DNA of 64,000 bases from the human T2T-CHM13v2.0 reference genome, Homo sapiens. Made by a program: the position numbers and the translations under genes. The DNA is taken from NCBI RefSeq assembly GCF_009914755.1, contig NC_060942.1. The stretch is one strand, 5' to 3'. The stretch's first letter is position 1, and every line of letters starts with the position of its first letter. Under the pieces are notes generated by a model, which was given only the letters and a program-made list of their open reading frames with translations, ran no database searches and had not been told where the DNA came from. Positions 1-17,448 of this stretch are shown piece after piece.

Positions 1-292
<292 letters not shown>

Positions 293-1996
293 TTACAGAG
301 ACCAACCCCAGTTAGAGACTTCCAGGACCTTCAGAGCAGTTACGTGCTTCCTTCAATCTTTTCCTCCTGACACTAGAAGTTCCGTGGCCCTCCACCCTCT
401 CCCAACAGCTCCAGTTTGTCTCCTTCCTTTCGCAGACTATCCGTGCTCTGTTTCCTGCTTTGCCTGAATTTCAGCCCGTGTGCTGTGACTTACTGCTTGA
501 TTTGGGGTCTAGGCTCTGTCTCCCCAGAATCTAACTATAGAAAATGTTTTTAGCCCACACACAGGCACTTTCAGGGACAGGCTTATTAGATGAGGAGCTT
601 TGGTAGGATTTAAGAAAGCACCTTGAGTGCAAAGCACATTCTAAGCACTCAAACCTGTTACTCTTCCTTTCTCAAATATATGTTGAGCTGAGGAATTGTT
701 CCAGGTACAGTGGTGAACAAAACAGACACCATCTCTGTCCTCATTCAACTTACAATATAACAGGAAAAAAATACAGTTTTTTACAAAGTAAGGAATTATA
801 AGTATGCAAGGAGCTGCTCACTCTGTTATTCCTAAGTCCCTGGCCCTTGAGAACTGAACAAGATGGCCTTATCCCCAACCCCAAAGCCTGCAGAACTTCC
901 TACCGTGTCCAGCCCTGTTTTCCTCCCCTCCCCTATCTCTTCTCTCCTTTAGTACTTCAGGAACTCCAAAATCTTCAGCTCTCCTCAGCTGTGGGTGTAC
1001 CTATATCCACCCAAGCAGTCAGTAAGGAAAAGAAAAAGACTTTCAATTTATCAGAATACACCCTTTCTAGGTGTTTGCAATTATAAATAGAAAATAAAAA
1101 ACTCTAATACACTTTCTATTCCTTCTTTCCTTCCTTCCTGCCCTCTTTCCTTCCTTTCTTCCTTCCTTCATTCTAATGCTGACTTCAATTTTCAAAGTGA
1201 GGTTAACTATTTCCAAAAAGGCAGAGAATGAGAGAACTGACCTCATGATTTCCCAGCTGGGAAAACGACTCACTTACAAGCTTGTTAAATATATGTGCTC
1301 CCACTTTACAGAACCACTCTCTTGGAGGAAGGAAAAAAGCCCCAAGACACAGAGGACCACTGGATACCCTTTTGTGTATATGGATTCTAATACTTGAAAA
1401 CTAACCAGAAAAGATGAGGGAGTCACAGCTCCCAATGGGCCATCTTCTTAAGAAGGGGCACAGCTAAAGTGATTTTCCTCTGTTGGTAACTGGTGGGTTT
1501 ATGTTTTTTGTCCAATATGTTTTTCATTAGCATGAGAAATACCAAGAAAAATTTCATATGATAAATGTAAACAGATTAATGAATTGAGAGAAACTGCCAA
1601 CTGTCTTCAGATTGTTAATGGAAACATTATGCTTTCTATTAAATTTACAGACACCTGCATTTGAATAATTAGCTGCTTTTATGAAGCTTGGAAGGAAAAG
1701 AATCTTCCATGTTTGAGTCTAGAGATCTGGAACAGAGTTCGTTCAAAACATGCCTAGAAAATGCTTCAATACTCATAGAGTTATACGAAAACAACTTACA
1801 GCCAAATGGAAAACCAACAGTCTTGAGATTACTAAGATTTGTGAACAAAATTAATACAAGTTTTCCATCTGACAATTTTTGCCAACTAAATTTTACATCA
1901 GATACCTGGGAAGATAGATCCATAATAAAGATACAAAATATTTATTTTGAATTGTTGGAATAAGGAAGAGTAAAAAATAATATATTTTAAAAATCA

Positions 1997-2422
<426 letters not shown>

Positions 2423-2664
2423 TTATTTGAGACCCAGAGAGTTTATATCATTTTGCAAAATTCACATAGCTAGTTAATGCATAGCAAAAGAAAGGCTATA
2501 ATTCTGATCTCCATGCTTCCAATTCAGAAGTCTTTAAATAGCCAAACACACACACACACACAGAGTGTATATTCACATATACATATGAGAGACACAAATG
2601 AAATGCTGAACTCATTTTTTTTGGTAAACTTTAATTCCCCATCTTTGTCTTTCTCTCTTAGTAA

Positions 2665-2830
2665 ATAATGAGCATTTATGGAGTACCTTTTAAGTGCCAG
2701 GCATTGTGCTAAGCACTCCACTTGCATTAGTTCATCCTCACAATGTCCCTGAAACATAGGTAGTCTTGTTATCCCTCGTTCCATAACAAGAAAATTTAAA
2801 GACTGGCGGTGCAAATTTACTTAAGGTTAT
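2665..2830 (-). mobile_element. MIR
   Basis: Degenerate MIR core (gtgccaggcattgtgctaagcact...catcctcacaa). Confidence 0.6.
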
Positions 2831-4147
2831 TTGGGCCCTCTGAGATCTTATTCACGGACTTCACTGTTTATCGGAGGTACATTTTAATCTATCAAGAGTG
2901 GAAAAAATAGCAAAGGTTTCTGAACCACATTATTACACTCTTTATGAATTGTGCTTTAAGTGAACATAGCTGCTATTAATCAGCAGAGTGGCTTCACATG
3001 GCAGCAGTTTAGTAACAGCTGTGGCCGATGGCGTGCGCAGCACATGGAAGGATGCTGCCTTCCAAACTTCTTTTACGAGTTTATATCAAAACAGATTCTC
3101 ATACCTCATCCCCAACCTTTTCTGCAGGACAAAGGAAAGGGACTTCATACAAGTTCTCTTCACTTGCACAGACGGAAAGAGGTGGGGGCAGAGGGGCGTT
3201 CCCGACCTTATTTGGAAACCATTGAAGCTTTGCCAGTACTGAACCTAGAACACCACCAGACAGAAGGAAGAGAGGGCTCACAGTACATCTGGCACGTAGT
3301 GCCCTCTATTGTGCCTGTGGAAATTCTGCGGGTGAGAGAGGAGGCAGTTTGTAGGTTGGCTGATATTTTTCTTTTATGCAAATACACCGCTGTTTGAAAA
3401 ATCTATTTTTTATTACATGTGAAATTCCCAGAGGCAAAAGGCCACGTCTCTCCTCTTTATTGTCCATGGTGTCCAACACATTATGGATAGGTAGTAAACG
3501 TCACATCACTTTGATATGCAGGACTAAGAATGACCCTTTCCCAAGAGTCCTGCTTGCTTCTATTTCTCAACAAGCCTCATGAGGTGCATACATCTCCCAA
3601 GAAAAGGGAACTGCTGAAGGCCTGCATCTCTTCCCCAAATTTCCATGAATGTTGCACTCACTTCTTCCCTGGGCTAATGGACTCCCCCGCCCCCAACTGT
3701 TTTACTGGTTTTTTACTCACACCTGCAGAATTTATATGTGGATCCCTGACACCCTACTTCCTATCATTTTCAGCACAAAGTGGGAGCTTCTGATTCTACA
3801 TATACTCTATGAATCTGTTTGGGAAGCCTTTGATGAGGCCTCACTGCCAGCATGGACATCTTTAGGAGAAAATTTTTACTTCCATAAAGATTTTTTTTTT
3901 TATAACTTTTGTTTTCCAAGAAATTGAAACAAGATGAATTAATAAGTATTGATGTTGGCAAATAAAATGATCAAGTGGGAATTTTGTTTTATCCATCTTT
4001 GTACCACAGTTCATGGCATATGGAAGGCATTTGGTGAATGTGTATCAGAATTATAAGTATTCATATTTCCCCTCAATTATTTCCAAAAGCAATTCAATCA
4101 TAAGACTTCTATGTAAACCATGAGGTGGGACAATCATTATATCTTGA

Positions 4148-4775
<628 letters not shown>

Positions 4776-6059
4776 ACAACGAACTAAACATCCAGATGCT
4801 TTTAACAAGGGGAACAATATAGTTATTTCTTACATATTTAAACTGCTGTGGAAATACTGATCTTAGGTTGAAGGTTTGAGATCTTACATGTCAGCAATAA
4901 TTTTACTTTTATATTTTCCCGTTTCACAGAATGAGAACGACATGTTAGAAAGGTTATTTCAAATATTAGAGATTACAGGGCATCTTCAGGCCTTGGGAAT
5001 AAGAATGCAGTCTGGATTTCTGCCAGAACCTTTGCAGACTTCTGAGTTTGATTCTCTTGTTTTCCTGACAAGTCTAAATTCCTGCACCTTCTGCAACATG
5101 TGAAAGAAATTGATCTGTGCATGGAAATATTCACACTTATAAAAAAATACAACTACCAGAGTGTATAAAAAGAGGAGCATGTGTCAATCACGGCCAAATG
5201 TCAGTATTCAAAAACCTATAAAAGAATAAAAATAAAATATCAGAAGAAGCAGAAAGCGTTTATAGTGATGACTCAGACCAGGAGACCAATTTCACAATGT
5301 TTCATGTGGCAAGAGCTGTATTCACTAAGATTTGGAACTTTCTCATTTTTTTTCTTTTTTTTTTTAGTTCCTCTTCCAAATTTTTTTTCTTCAAAATCTG
5401 CTTAAGACTATAGAGAATACTGAGCCAGAAAACAAAATGACTTTTGTTCATTCATTCACTTCTCTATTATGCTGATGTCTTGTTTTTGATGTCTTCTCTT
5501 TTTATAAACTGTCAAAAACTAGAACAGCACCTTGTAGCTTCATTTATAGCAAAGTTACAATTAGGAAGTAAACTTGTAATTATTTTATGAATAAATCGAA
5601 TTTTTAAAGTTTATATAAAATAATTTTAAAAGTGAAACAAATTATAAATAATAGTATATCAGATTATATAAATAATAATATAAATTGTTGCTTTTTAATA
5701 ATTTTGTATAACTTAGTATTACATTTGAAATATAATGATATTACATTATATATTATAGATATTATTGTTACAAGTAATAATAGTGGCTGAAGTGCTTAAT
5801 TCCTCACCAACCATTCCTCCCCAAATAATTAGTCCAAGCCAACCAGAGACAGCCCATTCCCTTTGTACATAACTAATTTCGAAAAGGACTTGTGACTCAA
5901 CGTTGGTCAATGAGATGACAGGGAAAGTAGACAGAAGGCCCCTGGGAAAGCTGCTTTGCCTCTAAAAAAAAGGCACTGAAACAAAGCCTGGACACACTGT
6001 AGCCACCTTGTGCCCATTTGTGCTACTTTTCATAATACATACATTACATCCATCTTGTA

Positions 6060-6290
6060 TGGATTATGTACGTATTCTAGGTGCAAGGCACTACTCTGAG
6101 TATTAACTCATTTAGTTCTCACAAGAACCCTACAGGCAGACAATACAGTTATCCCTGTATTCTAGAGGAGGACGCTCAGGCACAGAGAGGCTAAGTCGCC
6201 CAAGGCTACTCACTCGTAACTGGCAAAGCTGGAAACTGAACCCAGGCAGTCTGGCTCCAGCATACATTCTCTTAGCCACGATGACAGGTC
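6060..6290 (-). mobile_element. MIR
   Basis: ctcacaagaaccct...gctcaggcacagagaggctaagt...gaacccaggcagtctggctccag. Confidence 0.7.
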
Positions 6291-6411
6291 AGCTCTCCAT
6301 GGAAGCTGCTCCAACCCCTCAGTATGCTACCTTCCTTAAAAGTATTATTCTTTACTGATGGCCACCAACCCTTTCCACTTTTTAAAATGTCCTTCAAGAA
6401 AATAGACTCCT

Positions 6412-6740
6412 GGTCAGGCGTGGTGCCTCACATCTGCAATCTCAGCACTTTAGGAGGCTGGGGCCACGATGGTCATTTGAGGCCAGGAGTTTGAAACCAG
6501 CTTAGGAAACATAATGAGACCCCCATCTCTACAGAAAAAAATTTTTTTAAAAATTGGCCTAGAGTGGTAGCATGTGCTTGTGGTCCCAGCTACTTGGGAG
6601 GCTGAGGTGAGAGAATCGCCTAAGCCCAGAAGTCAAGGCTGCAGTGATGGCACCACTGCACTCCAGCCTGGGTGACACAGTGAGGCCCTGTGACAAAAAA
6701 AAAAAAAAAAAGAAGAAGAAGAAGGAAAACAACAGAAGAA
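6412..6740 (+). mobile_element. AluJ
   Basis: Full dimer with an A/GAA tail and TSD AAGAAAATAGACTCCT. Confidence 0.9.
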
Positions 6741-7297
6741 AAGAAAATAGACTCCTTTGGAATTCCCTGAACAAATTACTAGGCTGCTGCAGGGCACAGA
6801 ATATAGGAGGGAGGGCAGTAAGATTTTGAGGGAGGGAGGGAATAAGGTGAGAAGGATCAGAGAGAATGAGGACTGCTGGGCTTCACAAGGGGAGACCTGG
6901 AGCACCTGGGAGAGAGGAAAGAGCAGAGTGGGAGGGGTGGGAGCAGTCAGCAGTTTAATAATAGCCACAATTTAGTGCAGACCTACTGTATACCTGGCCC
7001 CCATATATATTATGGTTTTATAATATCAATATATATAATATCAATAATAAAATATCAATCCTCCAAAGAATACACACTATATACTTGTCATACCCATTTC
7101 ACAGATACACAAAATGAGGCTTAGCTAGTAAAAGACAAAACCAGTATGTGAATCAGGACTGTCTCACTCGAAAGACTTGCGTCCTGGGCACCACCTCCCC
7201 CGCAAGCCCACAGTGTAGACTGAACACAAAGGGCCCCAGGGAGAACGTGAGAGAGAAAAAGAATCACTCCAGTTCACAACTTTGCAGAGGATCGTAG

Positions 7298-7694
<397 letters not shown>

Positions 7695-8822
7695 CAACTC
7701 ATATCTTTTAAGAAACGTTTCAGAGTCTGTCTGTCTTAAGTTGCTTGCAGTTGCTACCAAAAGGGAAACTCTTTCCCACTCTACCCCTCAACAACAAACA
7801 CTGGAAACAACCTAAATGTCTTCATGCTGTCTTAACCAAAACAGAGCTGAGTAGATTTTTTTTTTCTTTAACTTTTCCAAAAATAAAAACAAACCACATT
7901 CAGTTTCAACCCAATTGTTGGAAAAACAAATTATCCCACCCTTCTCCTTCCCACAGCCCTACCAGGATTCATAAGTGAATGAAAACCAGAGAGAGTGGGG
8001 AGGAGGAGTTATACTTTAAATGGTGGAAAATTCAGGGCTCCAGTGTTCAATATGACACATATTATGAAATTGTGAAATATAAGACCATATCAACAGCTGC
8101 TGATTTAGTGCAGGATCATTTATGATGACTTGCTTTTCCATTAAAAATTTTGGGATGCTGGAGTATGGCCGTGTCTGTGAGCTTCCCAGTCACAAGTAGA
8201 GCAGAAAGAACACTGAGGCCTGAAATCAGGCTTAACTCCAACATTGGCCATGCTACCAACCTTGGGAGCTTTGGCTCTCACCTGTAAACCACATATAATT
8301 CCCACCTCAAAGGGTTTCTGGGGGAATTCAATGAACTAATGGGTGGGAAATCACCTGGCACATAATAGATATCCACGAAGGAGCGTTTAATGGTTTCTTT
8401 CACACGACTTTCTCTTCACATGGTTTAAAACAGATCATAATCACATGGAATGTGGTGTTGAATCTTTTTTTTACTGATGGGCAGGAAAGACAAGGCAAGG
8501 AGGGTCTGACCTAACCAGTGAGAAGTCCTCTTGGCAGGAAGAAGGGAAACCTAGGTGCATGGTGTTGCCAAAGGAGCCTGTGGTTATCATGTATGGTGAT
8601 AAAGATTATGAAATCTCCTCAGTTTATATAAAAAGCAGTGACAGCCAAGGAACTCCCTTTCTCGGCGTTTAGGAGCTCCACCTGCCTGCCTGGAAGCAGA
8701 GGATACAGGGGCCAGATAAAGAGCTACTCTGTGACTCCCCTTCCAGCTCTGTCAGCCTGAGAATCTCTTTTGCACTGAGTTCCTCACATGCCATTTTGAC
8801 ACCGAATTCTTATTAAATCAGA

Positions 8823-9141
<319 letters not shown>

Positions 9142-12100
9142 TCAATTAGGATTTGTAAAACCACATAAATGAAACTCTCCCCTTAACTTGATGCAAATGG
9201 TTTTGGACATTTCAAAGAAACCCCACCAGGAGCACCGAGTTCCACTGTTCCCTTGCCCTTCACCTTCCTCCCAGTGTCAGTCCTGTGCCTCACTTAGAAA
9301 TGTTTGGAAAAGGTGCCTCTGGAAGGACAGCCTCTCACTGTGCTTACTCAGTCGTTCCCCACAGGAAATGATGGAAATTCCTGGCATTCCCATCAGGGAA
9401 TGGGTCAGCTTTCTGCAGGGCTGCGGTGAGAGGGATGCCTGGAGCCCTCCTTGTTGTCGGAGATAGATGGCTTCAAATCAACACCTTGTCCAAATTAGAA
9501 GATGAAGCCAGGCTTCCAGGAAGAGTCCCAGCAGAGGGGAGACAGGCAGCCTGCCCCGTACAAGCCCAGCAACAAGAAGTAGAGGCATCCAAGTGTTTAT
9601 CTTGAGCAGCTTCCCAAAGAGAGTTTGGCATCCTCTTGGTAAACTCTTCCAATCTCTTGGCATTAAAAGCAGACACTCGCCATGTGCCTCAGAAAGAACC
9701 TTCCTTTCTGGCTATACGGTTAAGCATATCCGTGCTGTGATTTTTCAGAAGCCTCAGTAGTCCTCTATGCTTTTAGACATTAGTTTCTCTAAACCTCTTG
9801 GCAAGAAACAGCTCAATAATTTAACTAGAGCCATGAATTTAAAGTTCCATGTGTTTATCTCTTTGGAGGCTGGGTTTGGAAGGAGGGAACGGTGATGGCA
9901 AGGCATGAGGCAGGGGCACTGAGAGGCAGGGCTGGGTTCCCTTCAACACAGATTTCTCAGGCTGCTTCGACATGCTCGGCACCGTGTGGGCCAAACTGTT
10001 AAAAATATACTTGCTAATCTGCAACTATTTTTTGAGGAAAGAAAGGGGAAAGTTAAAGCCTGGCTTGTTTGAAGCTATAGCTATAGAGAGACCTGTGAAG
10101 TTGTGGATAAACAAAACTATTCAAGGACATGCTTCAAAGAACACACTTACTGATCTCAGAGGAAAAGACATCTGATACCCCGTTTTGGACTGTAACCCCT
10201 AAATAATTTTTCAGCAATCCCCTTAGAACTCTCCCACTTAGTTTTTACCAAAAAAAGAAACTTGAATCTACTCCATAGAGAATGCTTCCTTTTACTTTCT
10301 TGTTACTGTTTCACAGTTTGCCATTATTCAGATCTTTTACTCTCATAGCTATTAATAATTCCTATGCCTGAGCCCCAAAGAAGCAATTCTGTCAAAGCTT
10401 TGTTTGTCAAATACAAACAACAAATGTTCCCAGCTGCCCACAGTTGCTCACTGGAAACCCTTAACTCCACCCGTGATTTTCACAGGCTGAACCATGTATC
10501 TCTTGCTTCTCCATCATCCTAACTTTGGACGTCTATTATCATACCGGATCAGATTCCAAAAATAACAGAAGAGAACCCATTGCGACCAATCAATGAAACA
10601 AAGTCAGTCTAGCGCCCCCGCCCCAGTGCAGAAAGGGAGAATGCAGGCTCCAGAGGGAGGGCCCAGGCCATGCAGGTGGTGCTGCCTCTCTTTCCCTTTC
10701 TGCTAAGCATAATAATAAAGGATTCTAGAGCCACGTGTGATGCTTTTAATGAAACAGGTAACTGGGAAATAAATAGACAAATATCACTTTCGTGGTAGTA
10801 CATATCATATCTATGGAAAATAAAAATATACTGGTGCCTCATGTCCCAGAAAATGAACTCTGCCAAATTGTAACTATAGTTACGTCCCAATTAGCTCTGC
10901 ATACTGAGGCCAAGAAACGCTGACCCTCAAAGCCTGATTAAAGCTTGAAAATGCTCACTTAATTAACCCTTCAAAGTCTCCCCTCATTGACGCTTTTGTC
11001 AGAGGAGCAAAGAAGTGACAAAACCATCAGACCAAACTCCATCTCCTCTTTAGACACCTGCCCAGAACTTTGGGAACGGGGCTGAACAAGCTTGGTATAT
11101 GGAAAGACTGAAGAAAAACAGAAGACCTGGTTGAGACTAAAATGCAATAATGAATCCCTGAGTAAACAAGGGGTGACTGCACCAAATACAATACCATGCT
11201 AGATCACTGCAGAAGATCGTGCATTTTGCTCTTTACTGTAATAGTATGCTAAATTTGAAAAAGCACAATATTATTATGTAAACAGCCTTGACTTTATGTA
11301 GCAAACACCTCTGAATAATAACTCTCTATATGAATAACTTCAGAAACAGGCCCACCCAGTAGTGATTTGCTAAAACAATGGCTCCTTTGCCCTGTGAATA
11401 ACTGACCTCGGGCTCTTCTGTAGTCTAAATTCGGGTTGTGTTTATCATACTTGCATAAGCAATATATACCTAAAATTAAACAATAAGTAAACCCTCTATG
11501 TCACCCAGTCTATTTTTGCAACTATAAAAGGCTACAATGTTACCGTCTTTAGAAGAAAATCACACCTTTACATTTCTTCAGGAGTAAGTTTTCAGGTCTG
11601 TCACACTTTGATATTCTGCAGTGGCTGTACCAAAACATTGAGAGAGTGCTAACAGCCCCAAATCTCGGGAGAGTGATAATACAGTCCTGTGTTTTTATAG
11701 TGTTGTAACTTCAAAGCACTTGTCCATCCATCTGACATCTCTCTTAACCTCACCAAAGCCCTGTGAGGTAGACTCACCTACGTTGGCAGGTGTCCCCCTG
11801 CTGGTTGGGCAGAGGCAGCATCTGACACCCACTGAGTTTAAGTAGCTGGTTTCAAGACACAGGAGTGATTAGGGGCAGGACCTAGAGGGTTGACATGTCT
11901 CTGGACACCTTCCACTTACCACCTTACTATCAACCTGCTGCATGGAAGGGACTTGGTCTTCCTTCAATGGTTAAAGTTTAACCATGCCTGAAGAAATGGG
12001 TTCTTGGGTCCTGCTGGATTCAACTGGCCACTTCTTAGGAACTGAAAACTCATTTACCTTCTAAAGAATCAGAGTCCTAGCCCTATAACCATGATGAGGC

Positions 12101-12357
12101 CTCCCCAGTGGAACCAGATTGGGTGTCCAGTCCACTTTAGGGTTCCAGAGCTGCAGGGTCCCCCTCCACAACACAGAAGTTGAAAGGTCAGCTCCACTTC
12201 ACTTCACTGCTGAGCCCTTCCCCAAAACGACATTATCCTGAGAGTTAGAAGATCCAGAATCTTCTAACCCCAGCTCCAACTAACTTGCTTCAGCAAGGAC
12301 TTAATCTATCTGGGCCTCAGCTCCCTTATAGGTGAAAACAAAGGGAGAGTTAAATCA

Positions 12358-12705
<348 letters not shown>

Positions 12706-13557
12706 CTACTCTGGTCCTATGCTGGATATCCATCGCCTTGCCTAGAGGCTGAATCCAAGAATTCTCAGCATCAGGAATGTCTCTTTCATAGACTATTCCA
12801 AGGTTTCCCATTTTAATTTCGTCCTTCTCTTCTATTTGTACCGCTTGGCATCACTCTCTTCCAGCCTCTGTTTGTGCTCTCTAATATTTGTAAGTGGTTA
12901 CCATGTCTCCTGTGAGTCATCCGTTGCAACTCCCACGCATAAATGTACTTTTTTGTGTGTTTTTCACCAAATCCCCAACCCATCCAACTGGTAATATGGC
13001 TGAGAAATTTATAAAAAATTTTCTCTCAAGGTCACCCTTTCTAAAGAGACTTTCTCTCTTGGTTCTTCATATTTCTACTGATTGCCAAAACATGTAGGCA
13101 TCTCCACATTTATTTTGCCTTATTTTGACAAGTTTGGTTTTCCTCTTGATTCCTATCTTTCTGTGTTTTTTTGTTTGTTTTCCTTTATAATTCTTGGTTT
13201 CATCTTCACTCCTACTGCTGCCTTCAGTGCGTCCCCCCCGGGAAAGAACACAGGACCATGGTCTCATCGCAGAAACATGGAATCGTGTAGATGGGGAACA
13301 GGAGCACGGAGGAGGGGCGACGGGGCTGCACGCGGGCCGCTCTGCCAGGGAACCAACGCAGGAGAGATGAGCTTGGTGCCACTGCATTCCTATTTTAAAG
13401 TCATATGTTTTCCCAGAAAGTAATGCAGACGTGTGTGTCCAGAAGGAAAAATGCTAAAGCAACGCGGGAGGCAGAGCAGCTGGGGGTTGTTAATTCTAAT
13501 CAAAGTCCAGCCAGGACTTTTTTTAAGCAACAGGAAGTAGATTCATTCATTTTCATA

Positions 13558-13593
<36 letters not shown>

Positions 13594-13625
13594 GAAACGC
13601 ACACACACACTCACTCACACACACT
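13558..13625. repeat. Compound (TC)n(AC)n microsatellite
   Basis: Directly visible. Confidence 0.9.
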
Positions 13626-13807
13626 CTTTTCTCCTCTATCCTTCTCCATTTCCTCTGGCCAAGCACAGAAACAAGCTGTTGGGAAAATCCTCCAATCCCT
13701 GGAGCTGCCTTTGAAACTCTGCAATGACCACTGGCATTTCAAGGTCAAAGAGAAGCAAGGTCAAAGCAAAGAAGAGCACCAGGTGCAGCAGCCTGGGAGG
13801 CAGAGGG

Positions 13808-14291
13808 TGTGTATGAGTTTCCTGCGGCTGCTGTAAAAGGTTACCACGAACGTGCTGGCTTAAACAATACAGATTTCTCCTCTTACAGTTCTGGGGGCCA
13901 GCGGCCTAAAATCACCTTCAGCCAGCTGAAATATAAATATGGGGAGTATACAGCTCTCCCTCCTGAGGCTCTGAAGGAAGAATCCATTAATGCCCTTGCA
14001 TTTTTAGCTTCTAATGGCCACCTATATTCCTTGACCAGAGAACATAACAAAAATCTCTGCTTCCATCCTCACATCACCTTCTCTCTGCAGTCACATCTCC
14101 CTCTGCCTCTCTCTTACAAGGACGCTTGTGATGGCTTTCAGGGCCCACCCAGGTAACCCAGGATCATCTCCCCATCTCAAGCTCTTCAACTTAATCACAC
14201 CTACAAAGTCCTTTGTGCCACATAAGGTAACATTCAGGTTTCAGGATTCAGGGTGCTGTCACCTTTGGGGGCCATTCCCCAGCCTGCCACA
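13808..14291 (-). mobile_element. MLT1 (MaLR) solo LTR, MLT1C-like
   Basis: TG...CA ends, ggctgctgtaa..ttaccac..ggcttaaacaa..cagttctgg, and a ...ggggccatt..agcctgccaca terminus. Confidence 0.8.
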
Positions 14292-14737
14292 GAGCCCCTG
14301 TGTCCAGGCAGATTCTTGGAAGAAGTCTCCCTCTCACTCATCCATGAACACTGGGTTAGGAGTGTAAGGCCTGAGCAAAGACGTTTTCTGAATAACAAAA
14401 CTGAAAAATTTCAGGTATTTTGCTGTTGTCTTGTCACAGATTTGCCTTTCCCGCTACACTTTGTCTAGTAGGCTGTCTCTTTTCCATTCAGCAGACCCAT
14501 GAACATCCCATCACTTCCCCATGCCTGGGTGCAGCTCCTGTCCCATGGCCCCTCAGAATTGTGAGAAACCCTCCCCCTGGGACACAGACACTCACTTTCC
14601 AACCAAAATTGGACCTCAGAGCCACAAACACCCATGTGCATGAAGGGCCTGCCAGTGGCCTGCCAATGGTCTCTGAGGGTTCGTGGCTGCATCCCAGGTT
14701 GACCACTGAGAAGGAACACAGCTTTGTTAGGACTCAC

Positions 14738-14788
14738 CAAACCGCTTGTAACCGAAGGATTGCACCTCCTCCTCCTCTGCGAAGTCGT
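14738..14788 (-). CDS. COLEC12: COLEC12 coding exon 2 (51 nt, phase 1-1; DDFAEEEEVQSFGYKRF[G], cytoplasmic tail)
   Basis: The minus strand reads tctcttcttctctcacag|ACGACTTCGCAGAGGAGGAGGAGGTGCAATCCTTCGGTTACAAGCGGTTTG|gtgagt, with a canonical acceptor and donor. The peptide is the recognised COLEC12 N-terminal tail. Confidence 0.97.
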
Positions 14789-15419
14789 CTGTGAGAGAAG
14801 AAGAGACACGATGTTAATCCTGGCAAGGGGCACAGAAGCAGAGGGTGGGGCAGGATGCGACCTGCTTCATCGCCCCTGCTTGTCACAGCAGCTTTCCTTC
14901 TGCTCGTGGATCGCACCAGGCTTTCTGGAAGAGGCGGCAGGGGTCTCCACCCTGGCTGCTCCTGCTGCTTGGGATGCACTTCCTCTGTTCCTAATGTGAC
15001 TCCTTCGAATTCAGGTCTTAGCTAAAGTGCGACCCTTCGAGATGCCTTTCTGGACCACCCGGCCACTCCCTGCCACGCTACACTAATTCAATGTTTCTCT
15101 CTGATATCTTCCTCACATGTGTGCGTGAATTTACTGTTGTCATCATGCTTCCTGTGAACAGAAACTTTTTCTGCTCACAGAAATAATCGACCGCCAAAGG
15201 GGTTAAGTTATCTTTAGGCAACTCACCCTAAAGCCCCTGTTTTTAAATGTCTGGGCTCTGGGGTCATCTCCTTCACTAACTGTTGCCTCTCAGGAGCCGA
15301 CATAACTCCTGCAGTGACAACCAAACCCTTCCCACCCTCCTTCCGATGGGTAACTGGGACCAACCGATGGTTTCGCAGTAAATGTGTTTCAAAAGGCAGC
15401 CTTACTGTGGAAATTCCTA

Positions 15420-15836
<417 letters not shown>

Positions 15837-15935
15837 CTAAAGAACTGCTCATTTACAGTTCTGCCAGGTAAAGGTCCAGGAAGGGCAAGCACTGTGCAGA
15901 CACAATTTCATATTAATTGCACAACTAAAGGACAC

Positions 15936-16463
<528 letters not shown>

Positions 16464-16644
16464 TAAGAGGTGCCAAAGCCAGGCCTTTCTAGGGGACCCT
16501 GTCTGACTGGGTCCATTACTGCCCCAGCACACAACTTTCTCTCACAGGCAACTCAGCTCAAAGGCATGTTGTTAGCACTCACCATGACAGAGACTGCCAG
16601 GCTGTGGCTTCAGAGGTGAGTAAGTCATGGTCCTTTATCTTGAC

Positions 16645-16943
<299 letters not shown>

Positions 16944-17147
16944 AATCTTGGCTTTCAAGAAAGAGAGGCATATAGGGGAAATGAAGCCTCTGTGATAGTC
17001 TTTTTCAATCCCCAAAAGAGACATGATCTAGCTATATCTGAACCTTGAAATGTTATGGAGAACCCAAGATGTATGCTATCTATAAACACAATGTGGTGAA
17101 GCTCAGAATACTTGTTTGTTACAATGTATTTATAAAATCACATGTGA

Positions 17148-17448
17148 TGCTGTAGCGTGGTGGCTCATGCCTGTAATCCCAGCACTTTAGGAGGTTGAGG
17201 CGGGTGGATCACCTGAGGTCAGGAGTTTGAGGCCAGCCTGGCCAACATGGCGAAACCCCATCTCTACTAAAAATATAAAAATTAGCCGGGCGTGGTGGCA
17301 GGTGCCTGTAATCCCCGCTACTTGGGAGGCTGAGGCAGAATCACTTGAATCCAGGAGGTGGAGTTTGCAGTGAGCCAAGATCACGCCAACTACACTCCAG
17401 CCTGAGCGACAGAGTGTGGGACTCCGTCTCAAAAAAAAAAAAAAAAAA
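17148..17448 (+). mobile_element. AluS
   Basis: Full dimer with TSD AAAATCACATGTGA. Confidence 0.9.

Noticed and set aside
1800-1905. Exon-like segment on the minus strand (ttcccag|GTATCTG...TTGGCT|gtaagt, 106 nt)
   Set aside because: It does not encode COLEC12 sequence. Spliced after exon 2 it would stop immediately (G|GT ATC TGA). Such pseudo-exons are common in long introns, so junction reads would be needed.
2960-3397. 145-aa + strand ORF in unique intronic sequence
   Set aside because: It has a non-ATG start, no recognisable domain and no supporting splice structure, and it is antisense within an intron.
5560-5780. Extremely AT-rich stretch
   Set aside because: Low-complexity DNA with no definable unit or motif. 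A MAR or origin function cannot be inferred.
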